Notes: generated by a model not told the origin, from the letters alone. 64,000 nucleotides of DNA from an uncultured Gemmatimonadales bacterium (GCA_963695555.1 CAVOGR010000007.1:416001-480000); one strand, 5' to 3'. Shown: positions 33,739-45,114, counted from the first letter of the stretch. Numbers and translations are program-made.

Positions 33739-36700
33739 AGCAGTCCCTCCTGGGTGAGGAACCGGACGAAATGCGGCCGTGCGAACCGGTCCAGCTGCAC
33801 CACTCCGCCCGCCGACTGGACGAGCAGCCCACAGCTTTGCAGCACCCTGAGCTCCCTGGCCAACACTGCATGATCCAGTCGCGTAATGCGGACCAGTCGT
33901 GCGGTCGTTGCCCGATCGTGCACGAGGAACTGCACCGCAATCATGCGCTGGACCGGGGTCAGCCCCGTGAACGCATCGAGCCCGGGCCGCTTCGGCGTGA
34001 CCACATGCACCGTGTCATCCTCGACCCCGCGGATCGAGGCGATCCACGCATTGAGCGCGGACCCGATGTTGCCGTTCGAGTAATCGAACAGCGCATCGAA
34101 GAAGCGGGCGAGTTTCCAATCGGAGAGTTCGGCCTCAGGCCTCCCATCGATGGTGTAGCCCAGTCCGCCTGCCCCGTGCCGTAACAGGACCAGCTCTTTG
34201 AGTTCTCGGGCATGAAAAGGCTCGAGCTCGATGATCGCCAACATCCGGTCATCCATCGGCCGGATGCGATTCATGAGCCGGAACGCACGCACGTTTGCGT
34301 TGATCACGAACAAGCAGCGATCGCCGAACCGCTCGATGAGGTCACAGATCACGTCGAGCACCGCGTTGCCATCCTGACTGCGCTCCCACCACAGCCCGAG
34401 ATCGTTGACCACGAGCGTCGAGCCGGCAGGGAGCCGACTCATCATCCGCCCGGCATCGTCCCGTGACATCTTCAGTGATGACGCCAGCCGACGCTGGAAC
34501 ACTTGTGGGTTTATCGATCCGCCCTCGACCGGGTCGATCCGGAACACGGCACCGCGCGGAAAGTTCTGTCGCGTGACCAGCCTCGAAAGCGTGGCCCTGC
34601 CATGGCCCTGCTCCGCTACGATGAACAGCGCACCTCCGGCGCCTCGACGATGGGCCTGCACCGCCGAGTCCGCCTCCGCCAGCTCGGCCTCGAATCCCAC
34701 GAGATCATCCGCCACAGCCGCACCACCGAGAAACAATTGGCGGTAGTGGGTCGGCAGACTGTCGAGCACGTCGGTCCTGGGCGATACGGCAGCGACTAGC
34801 CGACGGATGCGGGCACCCGGCCCACCCATGCCCGCACCCTCGCGCTCGAGCCGCCGAGCGAGCAGCACGCCCTCACTCCGGCGATAGGCCAGGCGTGTGG
34901 CATTCTCGGCCAACACGCGCCCGATCCGGAGCCGGAGCCGCGTCAGCCCACCGACCAGTCCACGGCCACGCTCGCCTCGGACGTACTGGTGGAGCCGGGC
35001 GGAAACCCGTGAGATGCTGAACGGGTCGAGTCGGGCAACGAGCCCATCGAAACGGCGTCGCACCTTTTCGCCGAAGGATACACGCAGCTCTTCCAGCCGT
35101 CGCAGCTCGCGCTCTGTCCGCTCCATCCCGCTTCGGATGACGGTTTCTGGGCCCGCATCGCTGGTCACGGTGCGCGCCGCTGCGTCCGGTGACCGCAGCT
35201 CGAATGCGGCCAGCTGCGCAACCTCGCGACACACCTCGGCCGAGTCGTCAGCTTCGTCCACCGCGCGCACGACTTCGTCTAACAGCGGCGCGAATACTTC
35301 TGCACGGGCGAGGTACTCGAACACTTCACGAACAGGCAATGCACCGGCGACGACCTCTTCGGGATGTCCCTCCGCCAGCGCGGTTTCGGTTTCGGGCGAA
35401 ATCACCTCGAGTGAAGCGGGCAGTTCTGTTGCAAGTGCCGCAATCCGATCGCGAGAAGCGGCGAGCAACGCGTTCGCCTCGACGATGGGATGGTAGTGTG
35501 CTACCGCCTCGACTTCGGCCTCCGCGTCGGCATCGAGCGAACCCTTGACCTCGTTGAGCACCCGGCTGATGCGTTCGAGTCGACCCACGGTCGGGTCCAG
35601 GATCGCCGCCTGCAATTCCTCCCAGGCTCGTACGGATTCGGTCCGGACTTGGTCGCGAACGAACACGAGCCGGACCCCAATCTCCAATCCGTTCAGTGAG
35701 AGTCGGATGGCCTCGGTCAACGCATCCACGGCGGCATCGATGCGAGCGATTTCCGTCTGCGCCGCGTCCTCCGCGCGCCGCGCCTCCTGTCGCATTCGAC
35801 GGGTTCCGGGCGAACCGGCATCACGCGCAAAGGCCACCACGGCTGCCGCGACCTGCGACTCGAGGGTTCGTATGAAGCGAGCCTCGTCGCCCTTCGACTG
35901 ACGGAGGGCCTCGGCGATCTCGGCGCGCATGGCGTCGGCCGGCGTCGACATGCGCATGTCTTCAGGGTCCGTACTCGCGGCCAGAGTCCGTTCTATCCAA
36001 CGCTGGGCAAAGACAGCGGTTCGTGCCGCATCGGCCGCCACCATATCCAGCAAGGCCCCATACGCACGCGCCGCGAAGGGGCGCAGCTGTGCCTCCAGCA
36101 GCATCCGGGCCTGGGTCCGGTGCCCGGGCTTCCGTCGGAACAGGCCACGCTTCCTTACAGCCCCACCTACCTCGTCGCCGCGCGGCAGGACATCGAGCCA
36201 CTCCGGCGCTTGCTCGCATTGCGCCGCTATCGCGACACCGAGCCGATGGCCAAAGCCGGTCAGCAATGCGCCACGCGCCGCGATCCCTGCTGTCCGTTCC
36301 TGTTCAATTCGTTCACATGCGGTTTGCACCAGCTCCCCGCGAGCAGCGGCCACTGCCTCCGGTCCCGGGACACCGCCGCCTACCTCGTGCCTTGTGTGGC
36401 CGGTCAGGACGTCGAGGGCGAGGGCGCCGATGTCATTGAGAAAGGCGCGGTCGGTGTCGCCGATGCGACGCACGTACTCATCACGCGCCGACACAACGTC
36501 GGCCATCAGCTCGCGTCCGACGGAGCGGGCGAGAGTGGCCACGCTCTCCGGAGCCGTGATCTCGATGTCCTCAGGCACTGGCTCCGGCACCGCCGCGTGC
36601 TCCGGTTCCTCGCGCCGCTCTGCTGGGCCAGTGCTCAGCGCGGCGGACGCCCGGACCAGCGGCTCGGCAAAGAAGGACGATGCGCGCGCCAGCACCACTG

Positions 36701-38792
36701 TGCCGAGGACATCCACTACGGAGTTCATGTCCGCAATGAACCGCGTTGCGTCGCCCTCGCGCATATCAGAGAGCCCGAGTACCGTGAGATCTGCGTCGAT
36801 CGACTCGCCTCGGATGATGTCAGAGAACGGTCGCTTCTCAATCATGTTGTCGATCACGCGGACTTCCGCCTCGACCCGATGTTCTTCCAACACCAGCGCC
36901 ATGTCACGCAAGATGGATGCGTTCCAGGCCGAGTCGTGGTCATTGACGGTGAGAAACCGCACCGTCACGTCCTGCCACTCGTCCGCGTTGCCGAGGAACC
37001 GGATCAGCGCGAGTGAGAACGAAACGTCACTGCCCGTCAGTCGCCACCAGACATCAATCCGCTCACGCTTGCCCCAGTGACGTTCCCGGTCATAATCCAA
37101 GAGCAGAATGTTGAGGTCTCGGTTCACCAGGTGCTGGAGTAGCGACGCGAACCGCTCCGGGTCTCTCGAGTCCCGGGCCCAGCCCATCACGACTGTGTTG
37201 GGTTCGATTCCGACGAACCCATAGTGATCCGCAATCTCGGCCACGCCCGTATACACGTCCGCGCACTCCACTTGCCGGGTGAACACGCCCCACGGTGCTC
37301 CATCCGCAAGCTTGTCAGTGGAGCCTGCCCCTTCCTCCACCAACTGGAAATTCGTCACCAGGCCGCGTGAGCCGGCCAGCTGCATCGCAAACTCGATGAG
37401 ATGTGGACGAGCGGCGGCTCCACCACTGAAGAGCAGCACGTTCGGCCGCCAGTTGCGGAGGTGTCCAAGCCCCGCGTTGAGCCGGAGCAGGGCCGAGCGA
37501 GCCAGGGAGGACCACACGCCTTCCCAGGTGTCACCCGTCTCCAGCCTCAGCTGCCGGCGTGTCAGGACGAGGTAGAGCCCAGCGAGCAGCACGGACGCGC
37601 CGAGCATTGCCAGGAAATCGAGCTGAATCATCACGACGAAACACGCGATCGACCCGATGATCGCGACGAATCTCGGCACTCGGAACTCCGGCCGAAAATC
37701 GGGGCTGACCCAACTCTCAATCGCGGCGGTGAGGTTGAGGAACCCGTACGTCATGATGAAGAACATCGAGACGATACGGGCAATGACGTCGAGCTCGCCA
37801 ATCAGGATCCCGGCCCACGCGATGACGAATGCCAATACCAGTGCGTGCCGAGGCTCATTCTCCTTGCCATAGCCCTTGGCGAACCACCGCGGTGAGATTC
37901 CATCGGCCGCGGTGGCCTGCAGGATGCGCGGCGCGCCGAGAATGCTGCCGAACGCGGACGAGATGGTGGCCCCCCAGATCCCGGCCACGACAAGTGGCGG
38001 GAAGAACGACATCTCGAGCAAGACGTTGGGGTTGTTGGCGAGTTCCTGCCGGTCGACCGTGAACGCAAGAAACGCGACAAGGCCCAGGTACACCAAGAGT
38101 CCGACGAGGATCGCGGAGATGGTGCCGCCGGGAATCGCTCGCTTCGGGTCCTTGAGGTCGCCGGACATCGAGACACCCGCCTCGAAACCGGTGACCGCCG
38201 GGAAGAAGATCCCGAACAGCACGATGAAGGGGGCCGCCTCGGCGAGCGGCCGTATCTGCGACGCGGCCGGTACCATCTCGTGCCGGCCCAGAAGAATAGA
38301 AACCAGCGAGAGCGCGATTGCGGCCATGATCCAGAACTGCATCTTGAGCGCGAGCGCGGTGCTGATCAGCGTGACCGTGGTGACGACGGCCAGCATGATT
38401 GACCCGGTCAGGCGGATCGTGCTGGCGTTGACCGGCAGCCCCCAGACGCCCAGGAAGCTCTCGGAGAACCCGACCAGGTACATGCTGACGCTAAACGAGA
38501 GCCCGACGAACAGCGCCAGCCCAAGCGTCCCGCCCATGGCCAGGCCCAGGCTGCGGGAGATGATGTAGTAGGTGCCGCCCGCCTTGACCCGCTTGTCCGT
38601 CGCAATCGAGGAGACGCTGAGCCCGGTGGCTACCGAGATGATATGGGCGACGGCAATGATCCCGAAGGCCTGGAGCAACCCCGCCTGCCCCACGATGCTG
38701 GGCAGGCGCAGGTACATGATGACGCCGAGGATCGTCAGGATGGACGGAGTGAACACGCCGGCGAATGCGCCGAACTTCCTGGCCTGCGCCAT
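33735..38792 (-). CDS. Cation-chloride cotransporter (SLC12/APC) fused to about 1000 aa of coiled-coil, degenerate P-loop and wHTH-like C-terminus
   Basis: FGAFAGVFTPSILTILGVIMYLR, GGTYYIISRSLG, FFPAVTG, SGDLKDP, NWRP; 1685 aa. Confidence 0.85.
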   Translation of the reverse strand: MAQARKFGAFAGVFTPSILTILGVIMYLRLPSIVGQAGLLQAFGIIAVAHIISVATGLSVSSIATDKRVKAGGTYYIISRSLGLAMGGTLGLALFVGLSFSVSMYLVGFSESFLGVWGLPVNASTIRLTGSIMLAVVTTVTLISTALALKMQFWIMAAIALSLVSILLGRHEMVPAASQIRPLAEAAPFIVLFGIFFPAVTGFEAGVSMSGDLKDPKRAIPGGTISAILVGLLVYLGLVAFLAFTVDRQELANNPNVLLEMSFFPPLVVAGIWGATISSAFGSILGAPRILQATAADGISPRWFAKGYGKENEPRHALVLAFVIAWAGILIGELDVIARIVSMFFIMTYGFLNLTAAIESWVSPDFRPEFRVPRFVAIIGSIACFVVMIQLDFLAMLGASVLLAGLYLVLTRRQLRLETGDTWEGVWSSLARSALLRLNAGLGHLRNWRPNVLLFSGGAAARPHLIEFAMQLAGSRGLVTNFQLVEEGAGSTDKLADGAPWGVFTRQVECADVYTGVAEIADHYGFVGIEPNTVVMGWARDSRDPERFASLLQHLVNRDLNILLLDYDRERHWGKRERIDVWWRLTGSDVSFSLALIRFLGNADEWQDVTVRFLTVNDHDSAWNASILRDMALVLEEHRVEAEVRVIDNMIEKRPFSDIIRGESIDADLTVLGLSDMREGDATRFIADMNSVVDVLGTVVLARASSFFAEPLVRASAALSTGPAERREEPEHAAVPEPVPEDIEITAPESVATLARSVGRELMADVVSARDEYVRRIGDTDRAFLNDIGALALDVLTGHTRHEVGGGVPGPEAVAAARGELVQTACERIEQERTAGIAARGALLTGFGHRLGVAIAAQCEQAPEWLDVLPRGDEVGGAVRKRGLFRRKPGHRTQARMLLEAQLRPFAARAYGALLDMVAADAARTAVFAQRWIERTLAASTDPEDMRMSTPADAMRAEIAEALRQSKGDEARFIRTLESQVAAAVVAFARDAGSPGTRRMRQEARRAEDAAQTEIARIDAAVDALTEAIRLSLNGLEIGVRLVFVRDQVRTESVRAWEELQAAILDPTVGRLERISRVLNEVKGSLDADAEAEVEAVAHYHPIVEANALLAASRDRIAALATELPASLEVISPETETALAEGHPEEVVAGALPVREVFEYLARAEVFAPLLDEVVRAVDEADDSAEVCREVAQLAAFELRSPDAAARTVTSDAGPETVIRSGMERTERELRRLEELRVSFGEKVRRRFDGLVARLDPFSISRVSARLHQYVRGERGRGLVGGLTRLRLRIGRVLAENATRLAYRRSEGVLLARRLEREGAGMGGPGARIRRLVAAVSPRTDVLDSLPTHYRQLFLGGAAVADDLVGFEAELAEADSAVQAHRRGAGGALFIVAEQGHGRATLSRLVTRQNFPRGAVFRIDPVEGGSINPQVFQRRLASSLKMSRDDAGRMMSRLPAGSTLVVNDLGLWWERSQDGNAVLDVICDLIERFGDRCLFVINANVRAFRLMNRIRPMDDRMLAIIELEPFHARELKELVLLRHGAGGLGYTIDGRPEAELSDWKLARFFDALFDYSNGNIGSALNAWIASIRGVEDDTVHVVTPKRPGLDAFTGLTPVQRMIAVQFLVHDRATTARLVRITRLDHAVLARELRVLQSCGLLVQSAGGVVQLDRFARPHFVRFLTQEGLL

Positions 38793-38952
38793 GAACGTCG
38801 CCTTTCCTGGAGAGCGCTGCGGAGTGGGCCTGGCCAGGGAAGGCCGACCTTATTCAGCCGCCACCAGTCAGTTCGCACCCGCAGGACAAAGGTGCGGCAT
38901 CACCCGACACGGAAGCAAGCCCGCGGCAAGCCGAGGAGTAAGGCCGGCTGGC

Positions 38953-39031
38953 GGGGAGTAGGGAGAAGGGAGTAGGGAGTGGGGAGTGGGAGGGAGTCGG
39001 GTCGGACCCCCTTACTCCTCACTGCTCCCTC
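38953..39031. repeat. Second G-rich/C-rich heptamer element, same orientation as 32906-33000
   Basis: gggagta gggagaa gggagta gggagtg gggagtg ggagggagtcgg ... ccttactcctcact. Confidence 0.85.
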
Positions 39032-39076
39032 ACAAACCGATAGCCGTTCGCTGGGGGAGTGCGGAATGGGGGGAGG

Positions 39077-39991
39077 TTAGGCCGCTTCGAGCGTGAAGAT
39101 CGGGAGTTCCGGCGGGCAGCGGAAGCGGGTGCGAATCCCGATCGAGCCCACCCCTCGAGAGACGTACATCGGCCCTGCACTGGTCCGGTACCATCCGGCC
39201 AGGTAGCCACCCGACCCCCACGGCAAGACCGGCGGCACGCCAGGGAGCCTGATTTGTCCGCCGTGGGTGTGACCCGAGAGGATGAGCGCCGGCTCCGCCG
39301 CGTCAGGCCATGCCACGAGGTCCACGTGGCCGGGCTCGTGAATCAGCCAGATCTGCGGCACCCCCGGCAGCGTTGCTCCGGCCGCCGTCATCGCATCGGG
39401 CTGCCCGGCGCGGAGATCGTCGAGCCCGACGATCGTCAGGGCAGCACCGTTGATGGCGCATGTTTCGGCCCGGTTGACCAGGAGCGCTGCGCCAGCCTGT
39501 TCGTGGATCCGCTCCGCCTGGGTCGTGGTCGTCCCCGCCCAGTACTCGTGATTGCCGAGGACCGCGATGACCGGGAGACCGCCGGGCAAGGACCGAAGCC
39601 AGTGCGACAACGTCCGGCTCCCCTCCATGCGATCGTACTGGTCCCCCGTCAGGACCACTAAATTCGGCCGCTCCCGGTCGAGCAACGCCAGCACGTCGTC
39701 GGCGACTGGGTGGACACCGTCGTAGAGATGCAGGTCGCTCACCTGAGCGATCCGCATCCGGTCGAGCGAACTCGGCAGCCCCGGCACTCGGACCCGGTGC
39801 CGGGTCAGGGAGACCCGCGTCGACTCGGCCGGCCCGAGCGAGGGGACCAACGTTCCGGCGGCAACGGTCGTGCCGATTGCAAGAAAGCGACGGCGAGTGA
39901 TGCGACTGGGCAACGGCTCGGGCTCCTGCCTGGTACGAGATGATCCAAATGTTGGGCGCTGCAAGCTGAGAAGAGTCCGGGTCTGCAACAT
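39077..39991 (-). CDS. Metallophosphoesterase (YkuE-like), possible Tat signal; start uncertain
   Basis: SDLH, TGD, GNHE, HEP, SGHTHGGQ, YVSRGVG; TRRRFL motif. Confidence 0.9.
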   Translation of the reverse strand: MLQTRTLLSLQRPTFGSSRTRQEPEPLPSRITRRRFLAIGTTVAAGTLVPSLGPAESTRVSLTRHRVRVPGLPSSLDRMRIAQVSDLHLYDGVHPVADDVLALLDRERPNLVVLTGDQYDRMEGSRTLSHWLRSLPGGLPVIAVLGNHEYWAGTTTTQAERIHEQAGAALLVNRAETCAINGAALTIVGLDDLRAGQPDAMTAAGATLPGVPQIWLIHEPGHVDLVAWPDAAEPALILSGHTHGGQIRLPGVPPVLPWGSGGYLAGWYRTSAGPMYVSRGVGSIGIRTRFRCPPELPIFTLEAA

Positions 39992-40101
39992 CCGCGCCGG
40001 AGGGGGCGGGCGGAAAGGGGGGGAGTCAGCGGTTGGGCGGATCGGCCGATCGATGGCTCGATTCCAGGTACTCCGAGCTGGCGCGCTATATTGGAGCGCA
40101 C

Positions 40102-40183
40102 GCGAACGTGGCGGAACTGGCAGACGCGCAGGACTTAGGATCCTGTCCCGCAAGGGGTGCGGGTTCGACTCCCGCCGTTCGCA
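40102..40183 (+). tRNA. tRNA-Leu (anticodon TAG), CCA not encoded
   Basis: Acceptor GCGAACG/CGTTCGC, D-loop GGCAGACGC, anticodon arm CAGGA-CTTAGGA-TCCTG, long variable arm, GGTTCGACTCC. Confidence 0.95.
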
Positions 40184-40199
40184 CTGGGGGCGACTTGGT

Positions 40200-40370
40200 G
40201 GGTGCACCTGCGGGTGCTCCGCACCCTCGGTGTCCTCCATCGCCTGACGGCGATCGTCGGATCGAGTCCCACCGTTCGCATGTCTCGACGGGTTCACCTG
40301 CGGGCGCTTCGCGCCCTCGGTGTCCTCGACCGCCTGACGGCGCTCGTCGGATCGACTCCCGCCGTTCGCA
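40200..40370 (+). repeat. Two tRNA-linked structured repeats, 90-bp period, each ending in a copy of the tRNA 3' end
   Basis: Units 40200-40280 and 40290-40370 end in tcgagtcccaccgttcgca / tcgactcccgccgttcgca. Confidence 0.85.
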
Positions 40371-40378
40371 CTCGAGAA

Positions 40379-40454
40379 GGCTATCGGCTATCGGCTAACG
40401 GCTATCGGTCCTTGGACTCTGCCGTACAGAGACTGATAGCCGACAGCTGATAGC
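40379..40454. repeat. Heptamer tandem repeat (GGCTATC) with downstream inverted copies
   Basis: ggctatc ggctatc ggctaac ggctatc ... ctgatag ccgacag ctgatagc. Confidence 0.75.
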
Positions 40455-40551
40455 AGCCTCCCTTGCAGCAATCTCTTGCTGCATCCCGCTGTAAGCCGTT
40501 CACCATTAGCTGTAACCCTTACACCCATCTCGACTTAGCCCCCCCTCGTCA

Positions 40552-40581
40552 TTGACCCCTCGACCCCCGCCCCGGTAGATT
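40552..40581 (+). promoter_or_regulatory. sigma70-like promoter of tig
   Basis: TTGACC-N18-TAGATT, 9 nt before ATG, no SD. Confidence 0.5.
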
Positions 40582-40590
40582 CCGTCCCCT

Positions 40591-41844
40591 ATGACTGAGA
40601 TCACTGTCGAGAAGACCAGCGAGGACCTGGGCTCGAAGACCTTGAGCGTCACGGTCCCCCAGGACCGGGTCGAGCAGGCCGAGGCCCGTGCCGTCGAGTA
40701 CTACGCCAAGCGCGCTAAGGTACCCGGGTTCCGCAAGGGCAAGGTCCCGGCCCAGGTCATCAGGAAGCGGTTCGGGGACGCCATCCGGCAAACCGTCCTG
40801 GAGGAGGTCATCCGGGAGGGAGTGGAGACCGCCCAGAATCAGGAGTCGCTGACCGCGGTGCTCGACCGCTCGGTCCGGAACGTCAAATTCACGCCGGGGG
40901 CGCCGGTCGAGTTCGAACTGGTCGTGGAGGTCCGCCCGGAGATCCAGCTGGAGCACGCTAAGGGATTCCACTTGACCCGCACCGTGCCGCCGGTCACAGA
41001 CACCGAGGTCGAGGAGCAGCTCCGCGCCCTTCAGGAGCAGAAGGCGGCCTGGCTCCCGATCGAGAACGAGAAGCCGGCCGAGGGCCAGTTGGTCCGAGTG
41101 GAAGTCGAGGCGCTGGACGGCGTGGGCGCCGGGGAGGCCAAAGCCTATCAATTGGTCCTGGGCAAGGGTGAGGCGCTTCCGGCCATCGAGGAGCAGATCA
41201 CCGAGCTCCGCCCGGGCGAAACCAGGGAAGCGGATATCCGATTTCCCGATGACGACCCGGACGAGGCGCGGCGCGGGACCTCGCGGCGGTTCCGCATCAC
41301 GCTGCATGAGGTGAAGCGTCAGGAGCTTCCCTCGCTGGATGATGCCTTCGCCCGCGAAGTGGGTGACTTCGAGACGCTCGACGCTCTCGAGGCCGCGATT
41401 CGAAAAGACCTGGCCCGTGCCGCCGAACGCGAAGCAGACGCCCGGGTGCGCGACCAACTGGTCCACGAGGTCGTGGAAGCGAATCGGGTCGAGGCGCCGC
41501 CGTCGATGGTCCGCCGGCTCGTGACTGCGTATGCGCGCGCCTATCAGATCTCGCCCGAGCGGTTCGAGCAATTCGCGAACGAGTTCCGGCCCGTTGCGGA
41601 GGCACAGGTCAAACGCGAGTTGGTGTTGCACGCCGTGGCGGAAGCGGAGGGCCTTGCGGCTACTGAGGCTGACGTGGATGCACGCGTGGCGCAGATCGCC
41701 GAGACGCAACACAAGCCGGTCGCCGAGGTCTATGCCTCGCTCCAGAAATCCGAGCGCCTCCCGGACATCGAGCGCTCGATTACCGAAGAGAAGACGTTTA
41801 CTTTTCTCTTAGCGCACTCAACCGTCGACGAGGTATCCGCGTGA
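40591..41844 (+). CDS. tig: Trigger factor
   Basis: [10 protein letters not shown] signature; tig-clpP-clpX synteny. Confidence 0.95.
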   Translation: MTEITVEKTSEDLGSKTLSVTVPQDRVEQAEARAVEYYAKRAKVPGFRKGKVPAQVIRKRFGDAIRQTVLEEVIREGVETAQNQESLTAVLDRSVRNVKFTPGAPVEFELVVEVRPEIQLEHAKGFHLTRTVPPVTDTEVEEQLRALQEQKAAWLPIENEKPAEGQLVRVEVEALDGVGAGEAKAYQLVLGKGEALPAIEEQITELRPGETREADIRFPDDDPDEARRGTSRRFRITLHEVKRQELPSLDDAFAREVGDFETLDALEAAIRKDLARAAEREADARVRDQLVHEVVEANRVEAPPSMVRRLVTAYARAYQISPERFEQFANEFRPVAEAQVKRELVLHAVAEAEGLAATEADVDARVAQIAETQHKPVAEVYASLQKSERLPDIERSITEEKTFTFLLAHSTVDEVSA

Positions 41845-42491
41845 GCTCCATTCTGTATCCACCACAGGCCACCCTGTATCCGCCGTATATCATCGAGCGG
41901 TCGAGCCGTGGCGAGCGAACCTACGACATCTTCTCACGGCTCTTGATGGACCGGATCGTGTTCCTGGGCGCACCGGTGAACGATGACGTCGCCAATATCA
42001 TCATCGCGCAGCTCCTGTTCCTCGAGGCGGACAACCCGGAAAAGGACATCTACCTCTACATCAACTCTCCGGGCGGGGTCGTCTCGAGCGGCATGGCCAT
42101 CTACGACACGATGCAGCACCTGCGCGCGCCGATCAACACCATCTGCATGGGCATGGCGGCCTCGATGGGCTCGTTCCTGCTGGCGGCGGGCACCAAGGAC
42201 AAGCGCGCCGCGCTGCCGCAATCGCGCATCATGATCCATCAGCCGTCCGGCGGCGCCCAAGGCACGGCGTCCGACATCGAAATTCAGGCCCGTGAAATCC
42301 TCTACCTCCGCAACCGGATGAACCAGCTCTACGCCACGCACACGGGGCAACCGCTGGAGACCATCGAGCGGGACATGGACCGGGACAGGTTCATGAGTGC
42401 GGAAGAGGCCATGGAATACGGCATCATCGACCGAGTGTTCACGCCAAGAAAGGACGCCGTGGTGCCTTCCCTTGACGCTGCACACGACTAG
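41841..42491 (+). CDS. clpP: ATP-dependent Clp protease proteolytic subunit
   Basis: [30 protein letters not shown]. Confidence 0.98.
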   Translation: MSSILYPPQATLYPPYIIERSSRGERTYDIFSRLLMDRIVFLGAPVNDDVANIIIAQLLFLEADNPEKDIYLYINSPGGVVSSGMAIYDTMQHLRAPINTICMGMAASMGSFLLAAGTKDKRAALPQSRIMIHQPSGGAQGTASDIEIQAREILYLRNRMNQLYATHTGQPLETIERDMDRDRFMSAEEAMEYGIIDRVFTPRKDAVVPSLDAAHD

Positions 42492-42535
42492 GGGCACCTT
42501 TTCCAGACCCACCCACTCCAGCGATTGGCCGACGC

Positions 42536-43786
<1,251 letters not shown>

Positions 43787-43833
43787 CCGCCCCGGGTCAG
43801 CCCGGGCGGTCCACCCTCGCGCTGCCAACCCCA

Positions 43834-44469
43834 ATGCCCAGGCCCACCCCCGGCCAGCCCTCCCGACGCCGGTCGTCACCGCTCGCCAGTCTTCACGTCG
43901 AGTTCGTGGGGAGTTATCCGGACCCTCGGGTTCGGCTCGACCCACCGCTGCCGGAAATCGCGTTCATCGGGCGCTCCAACGTCGGAAAATCCAGCCTCAT
44001 CAATTCGTTACTGGGGCGGCGACGGCTGGCCCGCGTGAGCGGAACGCCGGGAAAGACCACGCTCATCAACGTGTTCCGGCTGCCCAGCTTCTACCTGGTG
44101 GACCTGCCCGGGTACGGCTGGGCCAAGGCCAGCAAGAGCGACCGGGCGGCCTACCGATCGCTGGTGCGAGGCTATCTTCAACAACGGCAGACGGTCCACG
44201 GCGTGGTGTGGCTGCTCGACATCCGTCATGACCCCTCCGCCGACGACGAGGAGATGCTGGCGCTCCTGGGCGAAACCGGCCATCCTGTGCTGGCTGTGGT
44301 GACCAAGGCAGACAAGCTGCCCCAGGCAGCCCGCCAGCGTCAGGCACGCAAGCTTTCCGAGATGCTCAGCATGGACGCGGAGCAGATTCACCTCGTCAGC
44401 AGCAAGACCGGCCTCGGCATAGCCGACCTCGGGGCGAGCCTGCTGGCGGCCATCGATCACACGGAGTGA
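43834..44469 (+). CDS. yihA: Ribosome biogenesis GTPase YihA/YsxC
   Basis: GRSNVGKSS, TPGKT, DLPGYG, TKADK. Confidence 0.95.
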   Translation: MPRPTPGQPSRRRSSPLASLHVEFVGSYPDPRVRLDPPLPEIAFIGRSNVGKSSLINSLLGRRRLARVSGTPGKTTLINVFRLPSFYLVDLPGYGWAKASKSDRAAYRSLVRGYLQQRQTVHGVVWLLDIRHDPSADDEEMLALLGETGHPVLAVVTKADKLPQAARQRQARKLSEMLSMDAEQIHLVSSKTGLGIADLGASLLAAIDHTE

Positions 44470-45113
44470 CCATGCGATATACCTCGGTTTTGGCGCTCAG
44501 CATGGCCGGGATGGCGCTCATGGCCTGCTCCCACCGGACCCAGGCACAAGCCGACACGGCTTCGGGTGCCGTGAATGACCAAGGCATCCGCGGCTTGCCT
44601 CCTGCGGGATACGGCACGTTGAACCAGGACAGACTGGCCGTGACCATCCGGAGCGACGAGCTCGAGATCCGGTTCGTGCCCCTCGACGAGCGGGTCATTC
44701 GTCTTCTGGCGACGGACGCCTATCAGTCCCTGCACGAACTGGTGGCATCGCGCCAGGAGGCCATCGACTCCCTCAACCTGGCCACTCCGGGACTCGTGTT
44801 GGTCACGTTCTTCGGCCTGAGCCCGGATGTGCTGTTCAATCCGCAGCTGGTGTCGATCGAAGTCTCGAGCCGGAGCTATCGTCCAACGGGGGTCGTTTCG
44901 TACTCATCGAACTTTACCAGCGGGCAACTCGGCAGGCGCGAACAGGCCACCGGCATCGTGGTGTTCGACACCGAACTGGCGGTCTATGAGCCGATGACCT
45001 TCTCGTACGGCCTCCTCAGAACCAACGTGTGGGAGCGTCACCTGGGTACCATCGAGCGCGAGCGGGCCCGGGTTACCCGTCGGGCCCAGCAGGCGATCGA
45101 GGAGGGGAGGTAG
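44466..45113 (+). CDS. Hypothetical lipoprotein
   Basis: Hydrophobic N-terminus with LMAC lipobox; coupled to yihA. Confidence 0.75.
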   Translation: MTMRYTSVLALSMAGMALMACSHRTQAQADTASGAVNDQGIRGLPPAGYGTLNQDRLAVTIRSDELEIRFVPLDERVIRLLATDAYQSLHELVASRQEAIDSLNLATPGLVLVTFFGLSPDVLFNPQLVSIEVSSRSYRPTGVVSYSSNFTSGQLGRREQATGIVVFDTELAVYEPMTFSYGLLRTNVWERHLGTIERERARVTRRAQQAIEEGR

Positions 45114-45114
45114 C

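Noticed and set aside
38845..38950. Known riboswitch (c-di-AMP or Na+/Li+ class) upstream of the CCC transporter
   Set aside because: Only short fragments such as gctgaat resemble consensus; a full aptamer cannot be supported without a covariance-model search
39992..40297. N-terminal extension of the phosphoesterase ORF
   Set aside because: Overlaps tRNA-Leu and its repeats on the opposite strand
40200..40370. Possible CRISPR array
   Set aside because: Only two long units, no unique spacers of regular size and no cas genes; the repeats derive from the tRNA end
40102..40590. Prophage or genomic island integrated at tRNA-Leu
   Set aside because: The duplicated 3' ends are only about 90 bp apart, with no integrase or cargo; tig follows directly
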